The translations under genes were made by a program, and so were the position numbers. Below, in pieces: positions 27,652 through 38,529 of a stretch of DNA of 64,000 bases. Positions within the stretch are counted from its first letter, which is position 1; every line of letters starts with the position of its first letter. Source of the DNA: an uncultured Actinomycetota bacterium (GTDB lineage Bacteria; Actinomycetota; Actinomycetes; CAVWCF01); NCBI GenBank assembly GCA_963753435.1, contig CAVWCF010000001.1, positions 416,001-480,000 on the forward strand, read 5' to 3'. The notes beneath the pieces are model-generated. The model was not told where the DNA came from and made no database searches. It saw nothing but the letters and a program-made list of their open reading frames with translations.

Positions 27652-28826
27652 CCTACCCGCTTTTCCTGCAGATGTCCGGGCGCCGTTGCGTCGTGGTCGG
27701 CGGTGGCCCGGTCGCCGCTCGGCGTGCGCGGGCGCTGCTCGAGGCCGGTGCTTCGGTGCACGTCGTCGCGCCTTGGGCGATCGAGGACATCCGCGACGCC
27801 GCCGCGGGCGGAATCCTGACTTGGGCCCAACGTGAGTACGAGCCGAAAGACTTGGCCGACACCTGGCTGGTGCACACCGCAACCGGGGACCAGGAGGTGG
27901 ACTCGGCCGTGGCCGCGGACGCCGAGAACGCACGGATTTGGTGCGTGCGCGCTGACGATCATGACCGGAGTGCCGCCTGGGCTCCCGCAGTGCACCGCAG
28001 TGGACCCGTCGTTGTTGCGGTCGCGTCGACGGACCCGAAGCGGTCGGTTGAGTTGCGAAACGCGATCGCCCTGCTGCTGGACACCGGTGCACTGCCCCGG
28101 CGCCACCGCCGGCCGGGACCCGGGCGGGTCTCGTTGGTCGGCGGCGGCCCTGGCGACGAGGGGCTGATCACCGTGCGCGGCCGGCAGCTGCTGGCTGAAG
28201 CGGACGTGGTCGTGGTGGATCGCCTCGCGCCCCAGCGACTGTTGGCCACCTTGGGCGACGACGTGGAGGTCATCGACGCGGGTAAGGCGCCGCACGCGCA
28301 CACGCTCACGCAGGACCAGATCAACGACCTCCTCATCAGCCGCGCGCGGGCCGGCAAGCAAGTCGTGCGGCTGAAGGGCGGTGACCCGTTCGTGCTGGGC
28401 CGAGGCGGCGAAGAGGCACTGGCGTGCCTAGGAGCGGGGGTTCCAGTAGAGGTCGTTCCGGGCGTCACCAGCGCCGTGGCGGTGCCGGCTGCGGCCGGAA
28501 TCCCCGTGACCCACCGCGGGCTGTCCCGCGGATTCGCTTTGGTGTCCGGCCACGAGGGCGATGTCGACTGGGCCGGACTGCGCGGCGCCGACACGCTGAT
28601 CGTGCTGATGGGAGTGGCTCGGCTGCCCCAGACCTGCGCCGCCCTGTTGGCCGCTGGACGAGACCCCAGCACGCCGGTGGCGGTGATCGAACGCGGCACC
28701 ACCCCACAACAGCGGACTACAACGGCGACGTTGACCGACATCCCCGAAGTCGCGGCCGCGGCGGGGGTGCAAGCGCCGGCGATCATCATCGTCGGTGATG
28801 TCGCTGCCCTTACTGTCTTCGGGTGA
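27648..28826 (+). CDS. cysG: Siroheme synthase / uroporphyrinogen-III C-methyltransferase
   Basis: N-terminal VVVGGGPVA Rossmann domain; VGGGPGD, RLKGGDP, VPGVTS. Confidence 0.88.
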   Translation: MTYPLFLQMSGRRCVVVGGGPVAARRARALLEAGASVHVVAPWAIEDIRDAAAGGILTWAQREYEPKDLADTWLVHTATGDQEVDSAVAADAENARIWCVRADDHDRSAAWAPAVHRSGPVVVAVASTDPKRSVELRNAIALLLDTGALPRRHRRPGPGRVSLVGGGPGDEGLITVRGRQLLAEADVVVVDRLAPQRLLATLGDDVEVIDAGKAPHAHTLTQDQINDLLISRARAGKQVVRLKGGDPFVLGRGGEEALACLGAGVPVEVVPGVTSAVAVPAAAGIPVTHRGLSRGFALVSGHEGDVDWAGLRGADTLIVLMGVARLPQTCAALLAAGRDPSTPVAVIERGTTPQQRTTTATLTDIPEVAAAAGVQAPAIIIVGDVAALTVFG

Positions 28827-29512
28827 TGAACGGCCTGCTCCTGGTCGGGCATGGGTCCGCCGACCCACGTCACGCCGCCGCCCTGCAGCGGTTGACCGAC
28901 CGGGTTCGTTCGCTGACAGCCAACCCCACGGAACTGGGCTTCCTCGAACACAACCAGCCCGCAGCCGCCGGGGCGGCTATGCAGTTGCGTCTTGCCGGCG
29001 CGGACGCCCTGATCCTGGTTCCGCTGCTGCTCAGCGACGGATTTCACGCTCGCGCCGACGTCCCCCAAGCCGCAGCGTTGGCCTCGCGTGCAAGCGGCCT
29101 ACCGGTAGCGGTGGCCGCCGCACTGGGACCGCACCAACTGATCGCAGCCGCATGCCGCCAGCGAGTGTCCGACGAGATCGGCAGCGGTCGGCTGCTGCTG
29201 GCGCAACCGGGCGAAGCAGACAGCGCCGCCGGCGAACTGGCCGAGTCTGTGGCCCGGGACCTGGCGGTGCCGGTGACACACGGTCTTGAAGCACTGGAGC
29301 ATGAACTTGGCCACGCCACCGCGGACACCGTGGTCATCCGGCTGCTGCTGGCCGACGGCGTACTCGCAGATCGCATGGGAGCCATCTGTCGGGCCGCCGG
29401 GGTGGACAGCATCGGAGTGCTCGCGGACGCGCCGGCCCTGGCGGATCTGGTGCTGCTGCGTGCCGCAGAGGCAGCAGTGCCAGGATCAGAGGGTGCACCG
29501 CCTGCATCCTGA
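28826..29512 (+). CDS. Sirohydrochlorin chelatase (SirB/CbiX family)
   Basis: VGHGS, GFLE, VPLLLSDGFH. Confidence 0.85.
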   Translation: MNGLLLVGHGSADPRHAAALQRLTDRVRSLTANPTELGFLEHNQPAAAGAAMQLRLAGADALILVPLLLSDGFHARADVPQAAALASRASGLPVAVAAALGPHQLIAAACRQRVSDEIGSGRLLLAQPGEADSAAGELAESVARDLAVPVTHGLEALEHELGHATADTVVIRLLLADGVLADRMGAICRAAGVDSIGVLADAPALADLVLLRAAEAAVPGSEGAPPAS

Positions 29513-30167
29513 CCAAGGCGCCGTCGACCTGGCCCAGGCCTACTCGTGGCCTTCCGGGCCCTGGGTGCGCGGCGTGATGGTCGCTTCGGTAGACGGCGCT
29601 ACGGCCGGTCCGGAGAACCTGAGCGGCTCCATCTCAAGCCCCGCGGACAAGGCAGTGTTCGCGCATCTGCGGCAGACCGCCGATGTCATCCTGGTGGGCG
29701 CCGGGACCGTGCGCGCCGAGGGCTACCGCCCTGCTAAGCGTCCGATTGCTGTGGTCAGTGCCTCCTTGGACCTGGACACCGGTGCCCCGTTGTTCGCCGA
29801 AGCCGAGCAGCAGACGATCGTCGTAACGACGCAGGACGCTGACCCGGACCGGATGATCGAGATTTCGGCGGTGGCTGAGGTGATCGTCGCCGGTGCCGAC
29901 CGGGTCGATCCACAAGCGCTGATCGAAGCCCTGACCGAACGCGGACTGCGGCACGTGGCCTGTGAGGGCGGGCCGACCCTGCTTGCCGATCTGGCGGCGG
30001 GCGACCTGCTGGACGAGCTCTGCCTCACCCTCTCCCCCCTGCTTGTGGGTGGACAGGCCCGGCGGGTGCTGGACGGTGACCCGCTGCTGCCGCCACAGCA
30101 ACTGTCCTTGCACGCCCTCTTTCGCGAAGACGACACCCTCTTCGCCCAATACCGGAGGAAGCGATGA
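29493..30167 (+). CDS. RibD C-terminal / dihydrofolate reductase-family pyrimidine reductase
   Basis: MVASVDGA, GAGTVRAEGY, CEGGPTL, DELCLTLSP. Confidence 0.85.
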   Translation: MHRLHPDQGAVDLAQAYSWPSGPWVRGVMVASVDGATAGPENLSGSISSPADKAVFAHLRQTADVILVGAGTVRAEGYRPAKRPIAVVSASLDLDTGAPLFAEAEQQTIVVTTQDADPDRMIEISAVAEVIVAGADRVDPQALIEALTERGLRHVACEGGPTLLADLAAGDLLDELCLTLSPLLVGGQARRVLDGDPLLPPQQLSLHALFREDDTLFAQYRRKR

Positions 30168-31225
30168 CGTTGCCGTTCGGTCCCCCCATCAAGCCCATGC
30201 TCGCCAAGCCCGTCGCCGGTATACCCACCGCCGCCGGGCTGCTGTACGAACCGAAGTGGGACGGGTTCCGCTGCCTGGCTTTTGTAGACGGCGACGACGT
30301 TCGCCTCCAGAGCCGGGACACCCGCGATCTGGGCCGCTACTTCCCCGAAGTCGTAGCGATGCTGGCTGAACAGTTGGACAGACCATGCGTGCTCGATGGC
30401 GAAGTAGTGATCGCGCGCGGTGATCGCCTTGACTTCGAGGCGTTGCTGGCGCGGATTCACCCCGCCCAATCCAGGGTGCGCCTGCTTGCTGAGGAGACCC
30501 CCGCCGCCTACGTGGCGTTCGATGCGTTGGCCGTCGACGGCCAAGACCTGCGCCAGCAGCCGTTCGCTGATCGGCGCGCACGTCTTGAGTTGCTGCTCGC
30601 TGACGCCGGCCCGCCCCTGTTCCTCACGCCGGCGACGCCGGACGCGGACCTCGCACAGCAATGGTTCGAGGTGTTCGAAGGGGCCGGGCTCGACGGTGTG
30701 ATCGCCAAGCCGTTGGACGGCACGTACACCGAGAACCAACGAACACTGATGAAGATCAAGCACTCCCGCACCGCGGATTGTGTGGTTGCCGGCTACCGGA
30801 TGCACAAGAGCGGCGATGGGGTCGGTTCGCTGCTCCTGGGACTGTTCGACTCCGACGCCAAACTGCAGTTCGTGGGGGTCGCATCGTCGTTCACCGCGTC
30901 CCGACGCGCCGAACTGGCCGATGAGTTGCAGCCGCTGCTACTGGATCCGACCGAGGACCACCCGTGGGGTGACTGGGCCGACCCCGCCAGCGCCGACCGC
31001 AAGCCTGGCGCCCAGAGCCGCTGGAACTCGGGTAAGGACTTGTCGTGGTCCCCGCTGCGGCCGGAACTTGTGGCCGAGGTGGCCTATGACCACATGCAAG
31101 GGACCCGGTTTCGGCACACCACGCGGCTGGTGCGGTTCCGACCGGACCGCGACCCGGATTCCTGCACGTATGAACAACTGCAACGGCCCCAACGATTCGA
31201 CCTGGCCGAGGTCCTGAGTGGCTGA
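30164..31225 (+). CDS. ligC: ATP-dependent DNA ligase LigC
   Basis: EPKWDGFR, LDGEVV, GSLLLGL, PLRPELVAEVAYDH. Confidence 0.9.
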   Translation: MTLPFGPPIKPMLAKPVAGIPTAAGLLYEPKWDGFRCLAFVDGDDVRLQSRDTRDLGRYFPEVVAMLAEQLDRPCVLDGEVVIARGDRLDFEALLARIHPAQSRVRLLAEETPAAYVAFDALAVDGQDLRQQPFADRRARLELLLADAGPPLFLTPATPDADLAQQWFEVFEGAGLDGVIAKPLDGTYTENQRTLMKIKHSRTADCVVAGYRMHKSGDGVGSLLLGLFDSDAKLQFVGVASSFTASRRAELADELQPLLLDPTEDHPWGDWADPASADRKPGAQSRWNSGKDLSWSPLRPELVAEVAYDHMQGTRFRHTTRLVRFRPDRDPDSCTYEQLQRPQRFDLAEVLSG

Positions 31226-31710
31226 GCCCTACGATCCAACTGTGCGAACGATCGTGGTGCTCACCGAGACCGAGTTGGACGAACACGACATCACCCGAAT
31301 CGGGGAGTTGTACGGGCCGGAGGCTTTCCAGGCCATCGTGGTGTTGCCAGTGGGCGATGACCGCAGCGCGCTCACCGAAGCGGTCGAGGACGTTGCCCTG
31401 GGCCGACTGGACGACGCGCTGCGCGCCGACCCCGGACTGGACGACAACTCCGCCGCCGCTGCCGCGCAACGATCGGCCAGTGCGCTGCAGGCCGCCGGGT
31501 GGTCGGCTGAGGCGCAAACCTCCCCCGCCGACCCGATCGACACCGTCGCCGCTCTTGTCGCCGATCGTGACGTCGAGCAGGTCCTGGTTCTGACCGAACC
31601 GCACCCCGTGGAAACGACCCTGCGTCGGGACTGGGGCAGCCGCCTGCACAAGCGTGTGTCCAGTTCCGGTGCTGCACGCGATCTCCGGAACCGACCGCGT
31701 AATCCGCTAG
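31218..31710 (+). pseudogene. Conserved actinobacterial USP-like hypothetical protein with a +1 frameshift near 31661
   Basis: VLTEPHPVE...RDWGSR; removing one base restores VPVLHAISGTDRVIR* ending at 31710, just before the convergent TerC stop. Confidence 0.65.
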
Positions 31711-31724
31711 CCCGTCGGGCCCGA

Positions 31725-32768
31725 CTACTCCTCGCCTGCGGAGTCGGCGGATCCGGTCGTGGTGGCGGGCTGCTGAGTGCGCGAATGCCCGGCAATCGGA
31801 CCGCTGTGTGCGCGGGCACTTGGGTCGCGGCGCACCTTGAGCCAGGAAGCAACCCCGGTGACGACGAGGGTCACGATGATCACCGCCAGTGAGACCGTGG
31901 TCGGGATCTTGGGGATGTCCGCGTTGACCTCGTGGAGGAACGTCAGGATCAGTTTGACGCCGATGAAAGCCAGGATGAAGGAAAGGCCGACGGCCAGGTA
32001 GACCAGTTTCTCCAACAGGCCGCGCAGTACGAAGAACAGCGCTCGCAGTCCCAGCAGGGCGAACGCGTTGGCGGCGAAGACCAGGAACGGTTCCTGGGTT
32101 ACCCCGAACGTGGCCGGGATTGAGTCCAAGGCGAAGAGCAAGTCAGTCGTGCCGATGGCCACCAGGACCAGCAGCATCGGCGTCGCCAGGCGGGCCCCGT
32201 CGCGGACCACGGTGAGCTTGTTGCCGTGGTACTCCTCAGTGACGCTGAAGCGCTTGCGGGCCGCCCGCATGATCGCGTTCTCCTCCACATCCGCGTCTTC
32301 GTCGCGGTGCTTGAAGATGCTCCAGCCGGTCCAGATCAGGAACGCGCCGAAGATGACGAAGGTGAACGAGAAGTACTCCAGCGCAGCGGCGCCGACTGCG
32401 ATGAAACCGGCCCGCATGACCAAGGCCAGGGCGACCCCGATCAACAGGGCACGTTGCTGCAGTTCGGACGGAACGGCGAACTTGGCGAAGATGATCAGGA
32501 AGATGAACAGGTTGTCGACCGACAGGCTCTTCTCGACCAGCCACGCGGCGAAGTACTGCTGACCGAAGTCGGATCCCGCCGAGGCCCAAACCCAAACACC
32601 AAAGGCGATCGCCACCGCGATGTAGAAAACCGACCATAGGACCGCCTCCCGCATCGAGACGTCATGCGGGTTGCGCCCCACCACGAAGTCGATGGCGAGT
32701 AGAGCCACGATCAGTCCGATCGTGGCAAACCAGATGGTGAGGGTGACGTCCACGGACGGATCTAACAC
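31725..32768 (-). CDS. TerC/Alx family metal homeostasis membrane protein
   Basis: EKSLSVDNLF, DLLFALDSIPA, ANAFALLGLR. Confidence 0.92.
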   Translation of the reverse strand: MLDPSVDVTLTIWFATIGLIVALLAIDFVVGRNPHDVSMREAVLWSVFYIAVAIAFGVWVWASAGSDFGQQYFAAWLVEKSLSVDNLFIFLIIFAKFAVPSELQQRALLIGVALALVMRAGFIAVGAAALEYFSFTFVIFGAFLIWTGWSIFKHRDEDADVEENAIMRAARKRFSVTEEYHGNKLTVVRDGARLATPMLLVLVAIGTTDLLFALDSIPATFGVTQEPFLVFAANAFALLGLRALFFVLRGLLEKLVYLAVGLSFILAFIGVKLILTFLHEVNADIPKIPTTVSLAVIIVTLVVTGVASWLKVRRDPSARAHSGPIAGHSRTQQPATTTGSADSAGEE

Positions 32769-32827
32769 GAGAGGCCCAACTCCTGCCCAACACGCCGTCC
32801 CCGGCGCCTGATCCGCCGCGGGCTAGG

Positions 32828-33886
32828 TCAGTCGGGACGGCGGCGGCTCGGTTGGACGCGCCGCGGCTCCCCCGGCATCTTCGGATAGTCCGGCGGGTAC
32901 GGCATATCGGATAGGCCGTGATCGGCCTCGTCCCGCTCGTACCACTGCAGCAGCGGGGTCAGGTCGTGCGCGATGTCGTCAATGCCGGCATGCGGGTCAC
33001 CAACCGCGGCAACCCGCTGCGGCACCGTGCGCACGGTGAAGTCTGCGGGTTCAACGTCCGATAGCTCGGCCCAGGTGACAGGTGCCGACACCGTCGCCTG
33101 GGGTCGGGCCCGCACCGAGTACGCCGCAGCAATCGTGCGGTCGCGGGCGTTCTGGTTGTAGTCGACGAACACGGTCTCGCCGCGCTCCTCCTTCCACCAC
33201 TTCGTCGTAACCCGGCCCGGCATTCGCCGCTCCAACTCCCGGCCGAATGCGATCGCTGCGTGCCTTACCTCGACGAAACCCCAACGCGGCTGGATGCGCA
33301 CGTAGATGTGCACACCGCGGCCGCCGCTGGTTTTGGGAAACCCCGTCCAACCCAGTTCGTCGAGGAGTTCACGGGCCACCATGGCCACGGTGACGGCGTC
33401 AGTGAAGTCGGTGCCGGGCTGGGGGTCGAGGTCGATGCGCAGCTCGTCCGGGTGCTCCACGTCGGCGCGCCGGACCGGCCAAGGATGGAACGTGATCGTC
33501 CCCAGATTGGCCGCCCATGCGATCACCGCCGGCTCCGTTGGGCAGACCTCGTCGGCGGTGCGGCCAGAGGGAAAGGTGATGTGCGCCGTCTCCACGTAGT
33601 CGGGAGCCCCGGACGGCAGGCGCTTCTGGTAGAAGGCGTCGCCCTTGGTGCCGTCCCGTTGCGCCAGCCGGACCCCCGGCAGCAACCCCTTCGGCCAGCG
33701 TTCCAGGGTTGTTGGGCGTTCGCGGAGGTGCCGCAGCATCACGTCGGCAACCGCCGCGTAGTACGTGACGACGTCGGCCTTGGTCAGACCGGCGTCGGGG
33801 AAGTAGGGACGCTCGGGGTTGCTCACCCGAACGTCGCGGCCGCCCACCTGAATCGCAAGCGGCTCACCGAACTCCTTCGAAGCCAC
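32828..33886 (-). CDS. Stand-alone LigD polymerase-domain primase-polymerase (Prim-PolC-like)
   Basis: FYQKR, DELRIDLDP, KTSGGRGVH, DYNQNA; C-terminal PPDYPKMPGEP.RVQPSR; start approximate. Confidence 0.88.
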   Translation of the reverse strand: MASKEFGEPLAIQVGGRDVRVSNPERPYFPDAGLTKADVVTYYAAVADVMLRHLRERPTTLERWPKGLLPGVRLAQRDGTKGDAFYQKRLPSGAPDYVETAHITFPSGRTADEVCPTEPAVIAWAANLGTITFHPWPVRRADVEHPDELRIDLDPQPGTDFTDAVTVAMVARELLDELGWTGFPKTSGGRGVHIYVRIQPRWGFVEVRHAAIAFGRELERRMPGRVTTKWWKEERGETVFVDYNQNARDRTIAAAYSVRARPQATVSAPVTWAELSDVEPADFTVRTVPQRVAAVGDPHAGIDDIAHDLTPLLQWYERDEADHGLSDMPYPPDYPKMPGEPRRVQPSRRRPD

Positions 33887-33938
33887 GACGGTGACGGTAG
33901 CGGTCGCGTCGGACCGCCCACGCCCGTAGCGTGGCCGC

Positions 33939-34370
33939 ATGTCCGCTCCCAAGAAGTCAGACCAGTCCAACTACGCCGTCCAGCGGTCCGAGGCGGAATG
34001 GCAATCGCTGTTGAGTTCGGGCGAGTACCACGTTTTGCGCGAAGCCGGCACCGAGCCCCCGTTCACCGGGGAGTACACCGACACGACGACAACCGGCGTC
34101 TACCGCTGCCGAGCCTGCTCCGCAGAACTGTTCCGCAGCGATGCCAAGTTCAACAGCCACTGCGGTTGGCCGTCGTTCTACGCGCCCTCAGACAGCGACG
34201 CGGTGGAGTTGATCAAGGACCGAACGCTCGGGATGGTGCGGACCGAGGTGCGCTGCGCCAACTGCGGTTCCCACCTGGGTCACGTATTCGAAGGTGAGGG
34301 CTATCCGACGCCCACGGATCAACGGTGGTGCATCAACTCGATCAGCCTCACGCTGGAACCGAACGAGTAG
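33939..34370 (+). CDS. msrB: Peptide-methionine (R)-S-oxide reductase
   Basis: GTEPPFTG, CGWPSF, HLGHVF, RWCINS; two CXXC zinc motifs. Confidence 0.96.
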   Translation: MSAPKKSDQSNYAVQRSEAEWQSLLSSGEYHVLREAGTEPPFTGEYTDTTTTGVYRCRACSAELFRSDAKFNSHCGWPSFYAPSDSDAVELIKDRTLGMVRTEVRCANCGSHLGHVFEGEGYPTPTDQRWCINSISLTLEPNE

Positions 34371-34386
34371 CCCTTCCGGCGTGGCC

Positions 34387-35115
34387 CTAAGGCAGTGAGG
34401 CGATCAACTCCGACACCGGCCGCCGAAAGCCCGTGTAGAAGGGCAACTCCTCGCGGACGTGGCGACGAGCCGTCGATGCGCGCAGATGCCGCATGAGGTC
34501 GACGATGCGGTGCAATTCGTCTGCTTCGAAGGCAAGGATCCACTCGTAGTCGTTCAAGGCGAACGAAGCGACGGTGTTGGCCCGCACGTCCGGAAAGTCC
34601 CGACCCATCTGCCCGTGTTCAACGAGCATCGCTCGCCGCTCTTCATCAGGTAGCAGATACCACTCGTAGGAACGAACGAACGGGTAGACGCAAACCCAAC
34701 CGCGGGGCTGCTCGTCGGCGAGGAACGCCGGAACGTGGCTCTTGTTGAACTCAGCCGGCCGGTGCAGCGCCGCGACACTCCAGACCGGTTCTACGTGGCG
34801 GCCCAACTCGGTTCTGCGCAACCGCGAGTACGCGTCCTGTAGGGCTTCGGCGCTGGCCGCATGCCACCACACCATCAAGTCGGCGTCAGCGCGCATGCCG
34901 GCGAGGTCGTACCAGCCGCGAATCACCACATCCTTGCCCGCCAGCTCGGTGACGAGTTGCTCAACCTCAGCGGCCGCGGCCGCCCGGTCAGCCGGAAGCG
35001 GCGTTGCCGACTTGAAGACCGACCACATCGCGTAGCGAACGACGTTGTTGAGATCGCGAGCCTTCAGGGGTGAGTCGCCCGACTGGGCTTCCGAATCGGT
35101 TCGGGTTTCAGCCAT
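34387..35115 (-). CDS. hemQ: Coproheme decarboxylase (HemQ/ChdC)
   Basis: [29 protein letters not shown]. Confidence 0.94.
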   Translation of the reverse strand: MAETRTDSEAQSGDSPLKARDLNNVVRYAMWSVFKSATPLPADRAAAAAEVEQLVTELAGKDVVIRGWYDLAGMRADADLMVWWHAASAEALQDAYSRLRRTELGRHVEPVWSVAALHRPAEFNKSHVPAFLADEQPRGWVCVYPFVRSYEWYLLPDEERRAMLVEHGQMGRDFPDVRANTVASFALNDYEWILAFEADELHRIVDLMRHLRASTARRHVREELPFYTGFRRPVSELIASLP

Positions 35116-36517
35116 GGTCCCATTCTGCCTGCACGCCGTCGGCGCGCAGGTTGGCCGCTACCGCTTCGGCGGCGGCCTGGGCCGATGCGATGCAGGCAGG
35201 GATCCCCACGCCATCCAGTGCCGCGCCTGCCAGGCCGATGGTGGGGAACGCCGAGAGCGCCCGCCGAATGCGGCGCACCCGGCCCACGTGGCCCACTTCG
35301 TACTGCGGTAGCCCGCCGCCCCAGCGGCTCACCCTGGTCGCACGCGGTCGACCGCGCACCCCGATCGCCCGCCGCAGGTCAGCCCACGCGCGCTCGGCAA
35401 GGTCATCGTCGTCCAATTGCAGGTCCGCGGTCTCGCCGTAGCGACCAACCGATGTGCGCAACACCTTTCGCGAGCCTGCCGCCATCCCGACGGAGTCCCA
35501 CTTCTGCGACGAAAACGTGGCTGCCTTGATGAACCGGCCGGTTATCGGCGGCACCAGGAAGCCGGTACCGGCCACCTCCGGGACGGCATCGCCATCGACC
35601 ACGAAGGTGACAACCGCCACCGAGGCGTAGTCGATGGTCGAGAGTTCGGCCGCTGCGAACGGGGCGATCGGTTTGAGCAGGCGGCTGGCCGGTGTGGCCG
35701 GTACCGCGATGATGACGGCGTCAGCCGATTCAACCTGATCACGGCCACGGTGGTCGCGGGTCTGGACCGACCAGCCGTCGGCGGTTCGACTGATCCCCGT
35801 GGCGGTACAGCCCGTGCGCACAGCGGCGCCAGCCTGGGCCAGCACGCGCTCCGGCAGCAGCCCGATGCCGCCCATCACGGTGCCGAATGCCGGTCCCGGG
35901 TGGCGCCGACCCACCCGCTGGACCGCAGCCAACAGGGATCGGCGCTGCCGCGACTCCGCTGCCAACGAGGGCAGGGCCGCTTCGAACGAAAGGCGCGATG
36001 CGTGTCCGGCGTAGACGCCACCGAGCAGCGGTTCGACAAGCTTGTCGACAACCTCCTGGCCAAGTCGCGCGGCCACGAACTCGCCCACAGAAACGTCGTC
36101 GCCGAAGTCCGTTGGCGCAAGCACATGGTCCAGCGGGATCCGCAACAAGCCACGCAGTGACAAGACATCCGCGGCGGCGAGTTCGGCCAGATCCGTCGGA
36201 ACGCCCATGACCTGCCCCCGGGGCAGCCGTCGCAAGCCCGGCTCCAACCACAGCGAGGCGCCCATGACCGCCTGCTCCTCAATGCGGTCCGACCAGCCGA
36301 CGTCGCGCACCAAGGACCGGGCTTCGGGCCGGGCGAGCAAGAACGACTCCGCTCCGGCATCTACGGCGATGCCGTCAACTTCACCGACGAGGAGTTTGCC
36401 GCCGACACGGTCAGCCCCCTCAAGGACGGTGACCCGGCAGTCCGGCAGCGACCGTGACAACTGCCATGCCGCGGCAGCACCGGAGATTCCCGCTCCTACA
36501 ACCACGACGTGGGCCAC
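35108..36517 (-). CDS. hemY: Coproporphyrinogen/protoporphyrinogen oxidase (HemY/CgoX)
   Basis: GAGISG FAD motif, [29 protein letters not shown]. Confidence 0.92.
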   Translation of the reverse strand: MAHVVVVGAGISGAAAAWQLSRSLPDCRVTVLEGADRVGGKLLVGEVDGIAVDAGAESFLLARPEARSLVRDVGWSDRIEEQAVMGASLWLEPGLRRLPRGQVMGVPTDLAELAAADVLSLRGLLRIPLDHVLAPTDFGDDVSVGEFVAARLGQEVVDKLVEPLLGGVYAGHASRLSFEAALPSLAAESRQRRSLLAAVQRVGRRHPGPAFGTVMGGIGLLPERVLAQAGAAVRTGCTATGISRTADGWSVQTRDHRGRDQVESADAVIIAVPATPASRLLKPIAPFAAAELSTIDYASVAVVTFVVDGDAVPEVAGTGFLVPPITGRFIKAATFSSQKWDSVGMAAGSRKVLRTSVGRYGETADLQLDDDDLAERAWADLRRAIGVRGRPRATRVSRWGGGLPQYEVGHVGRVRRIRRALSAFPTIGLAGAALDGVGIPACIASAQAAAEAVAANLRADGVQAEWDHG

Positions 36518-36591
36518 GGCTCCACTTTGGCAGATCGGGAACCCCCGGCCGCAAGTCGGCGTCCCACCGGCAATCGAGAGGGGTGGGCCTC

Positions 36592-37485
36592 ATGATCGGT
36601 CGAATCGCAATCCCCGCAGTGCTGGCAGCGGCGCTGCTTACCGCTTGCAGCGCCGGGCAGGACACTTCGGCGCAACTCGAACAGTCGGGAGTCCCGGGCC
36701 CAGGTGTCGATGCGAGTGGGACCGACACCGCCGAAGCCGCGCCCGATTCGGGCGAGCCGGGCGCATCATCGGTAGTTGCCGCGGATGCGGCTGATCGGAG
36801 CATCGTCAGGACCGCATCGGTCACGGTCGAAGTGGTTGAAGTCGGCCCTTCGGCTGCTCGCGTGCGGGCCATCGCGTCGAGTTTGGGCGGCGTAGTCGCC
36901 CAAGAGGACACGGCGCTGTCGGATGCAGCCGAACCTCGATCATGGCTGTTGGTTCGGGTTCCCAGCGACTCCCTGGACGCCGCCTTGGCCAGGTTGTCCG
37001 AACTGGGTGATGTGGTTCAACAGGGCGGTTCCAGCGACGACGTCACCGGTCAGGTTGTCGACCTGCAGGCGCGCATCGAGTCGCAGCAAGCCAGCGTGGA
37101 ACGCGTACGAGCGCTGCTGACCGAAGCCGAATCCCTCGGCGACGTGGTGACCATCGAGGCGGAGTTGACGCGGCGACAGGCGGACCTGGAGTCGCTGCAG
37201 GCTCAGGCCGTGTTGCTGGCGGACCAGGTGGCGCTGGCGACCGTGAGCGTCACGTTGACCGAGCCCGGAGCGTCAACCGGCGGGTTCACCGATGGGCTGC
37301 GAGCCGGATGGGACGCGTTCGCGGACTCCGCGCGAACTCTCGCAACCGGGTTCGGCGCAGCACTGCCCTTCCTGGCAGCGTTGGCCGTGATCACGTTGCC
37401 GATAGCCGTCCTGCTGCGCGGCCGGCGCCAGGATGGCAAGCAGGAGCGCCCTGAACCCGCGGAGCAGGTCAGCGTCGGGTCGTGA
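36592..37485 (+). CDS. DUF4349 lipoprotein
   Basis: Lipobox [21 protein letters not shown] coiled coil, C-terminal TM. Confidence 0.85.
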   Translation: MIGRIAIPAVLAAALLTACSAGQDTSAQLEQSGVPGPGVDASGTDTAEAAPDSGEPGASSVVAADAADRSIVRTASVTVEVVEVGPSAARVRAIASSLGGVVAQEDTALSDAAEPRSWLLVRVPSDSLDAALARLSELGDVVQQGGSSDDVTGQVVDLQARIESQQASVERVRALLTEAESLGDVVTIEAELTRRQADLESLQAQAVLLADQVALATVSVTLTEPGASTGGFTDGLRAGWDAFADSARTLATGFGAALPFLAALAVITLPIAVLLRGRRQDGKQERPEPAEQVSVGS

Positions 37486-38494
37486 CGTGTACGTGCTCGA
37501 CCACGCGCGTCAACTGATCCGGGTCGGTGTCAGGCAGAACCCCGTGACCCAAGTTGAAGATGTGGCCGGGTAGCCCACGCGCTTCGGCGAGGACGTCATC
37601 CACTGCCTGCTTCAGCACCGGCCAGGGCGCGAACAAGAAAGCGGGATCCAGATTGCCCTGCAACGGCATGGCCCGCGGCAGTCGCGCGGCCGCTTCAGAC
37701 AGCGGCACCCGGAAATCGACTCCGAGCACGTCGACCGGATCGGCGGCCATGTCGGCGAGTAGTTCGCCGGTACCGACCCCAAAGTGGATTCGGGCTACGT
37801 CGACGGACTGCAGGGCGGTGATGGTGTGGGGAAGTACGAAGCGCCGATAGTCCCGGGGGCTCAGGGCGCCCGCCCACGAGTCGAACAACTGCACCGCAGC
37901 GGCACCGGCCTCCACCTGGGCGCGCAGGAAACCACCGGAGATCTCCGCCAGCCGTGCCATCAACTCGTGCCAGGCGTCTTCATCGGCGTGCATGAGCGCC
38001 TTGGTGCGCGCGTGGTCGCGCGACGGGCCCCCTTCGATCAAGTACGACGCCACGGTGAACGGCGCGCCCGCAAATCCGATCAGCGGAACCGGCAACGACC
38101 CCGCGAGTTCCCGGACCGCATCGGTGACCGCGGCAACCGCACTCGGTTCCCACGCCGGCAGCCGACGGACGTCGGCGGCGCTACGAACCGGGTCGGCGAC
38201 AACCGGCCCGACCCCGGCGACGATGTCCAGATCCACGCCCAGGGCTCGCAGCGGCAGGACTATGTCGCTGAACAGGATGGCGGCGTCGACGCCATGGCGG
38301 CGCACGGGCTGAGTCGTGATCTCGACGATCAGATCGGTCCGTAGACACGCCTCGAGCATGCCGACGCCCTCGCGAACCCGCCGGTACTCCGGCAGCGAGC
38401 GCCCGGCCTGCCGCATGAACCAAACCGGGGTGTGGTCCACCGGCTTGCCAGCACAGGCGTCAAGGAAAGTCGAGGAGCCGCTCACGCGGGGCAT
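37469..38494 (-). CDS. hemE: Uroporphyrinogen decarboxylase
   Basis: [21 protein letters not shown]. Confidence 0.96.
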   Translation of the reverse strand: MPRVSGSSTFLDACAGKPVDHTPVWFMRQAGRSLPEYRRVREGVGMLEACLRTDLIVEITTQPVRRHGVDAAILFSDIVLPLRALGVDLDIVAGVGPVVADPVRSAADVRRLPAWEPSAVAAVTDAVRELAGSLPVPLIGFAGAPFTVASYLIEGGPSRDHARTKALMHADEDAWHELMARLAEISGGFLRAQVEAGAAAVQLFDSWAGALSPRDYRRFVLPHTITALQSVDVARIHFGVGTGELLADMAADPVDVLGVDFRVPLSEAAARLPRAMPLQGNLDPAFLFAPWPVLKQAVDDVLAEARGLPGHIFNLGHGVLPDTDPDQLTRVVEHVHVTTRR

Positions 38495-38529
38495 CGTCGC
38501 ACGCCGCCACCTCCGACGACTCCGTAGCC

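Noticed and set aside
32769-32827. yybP-ykoY manganese riboswitch upstream of terC
   Set aside because: The intergenic space is ~60 bp and I could not see the conserved riboswitch core.
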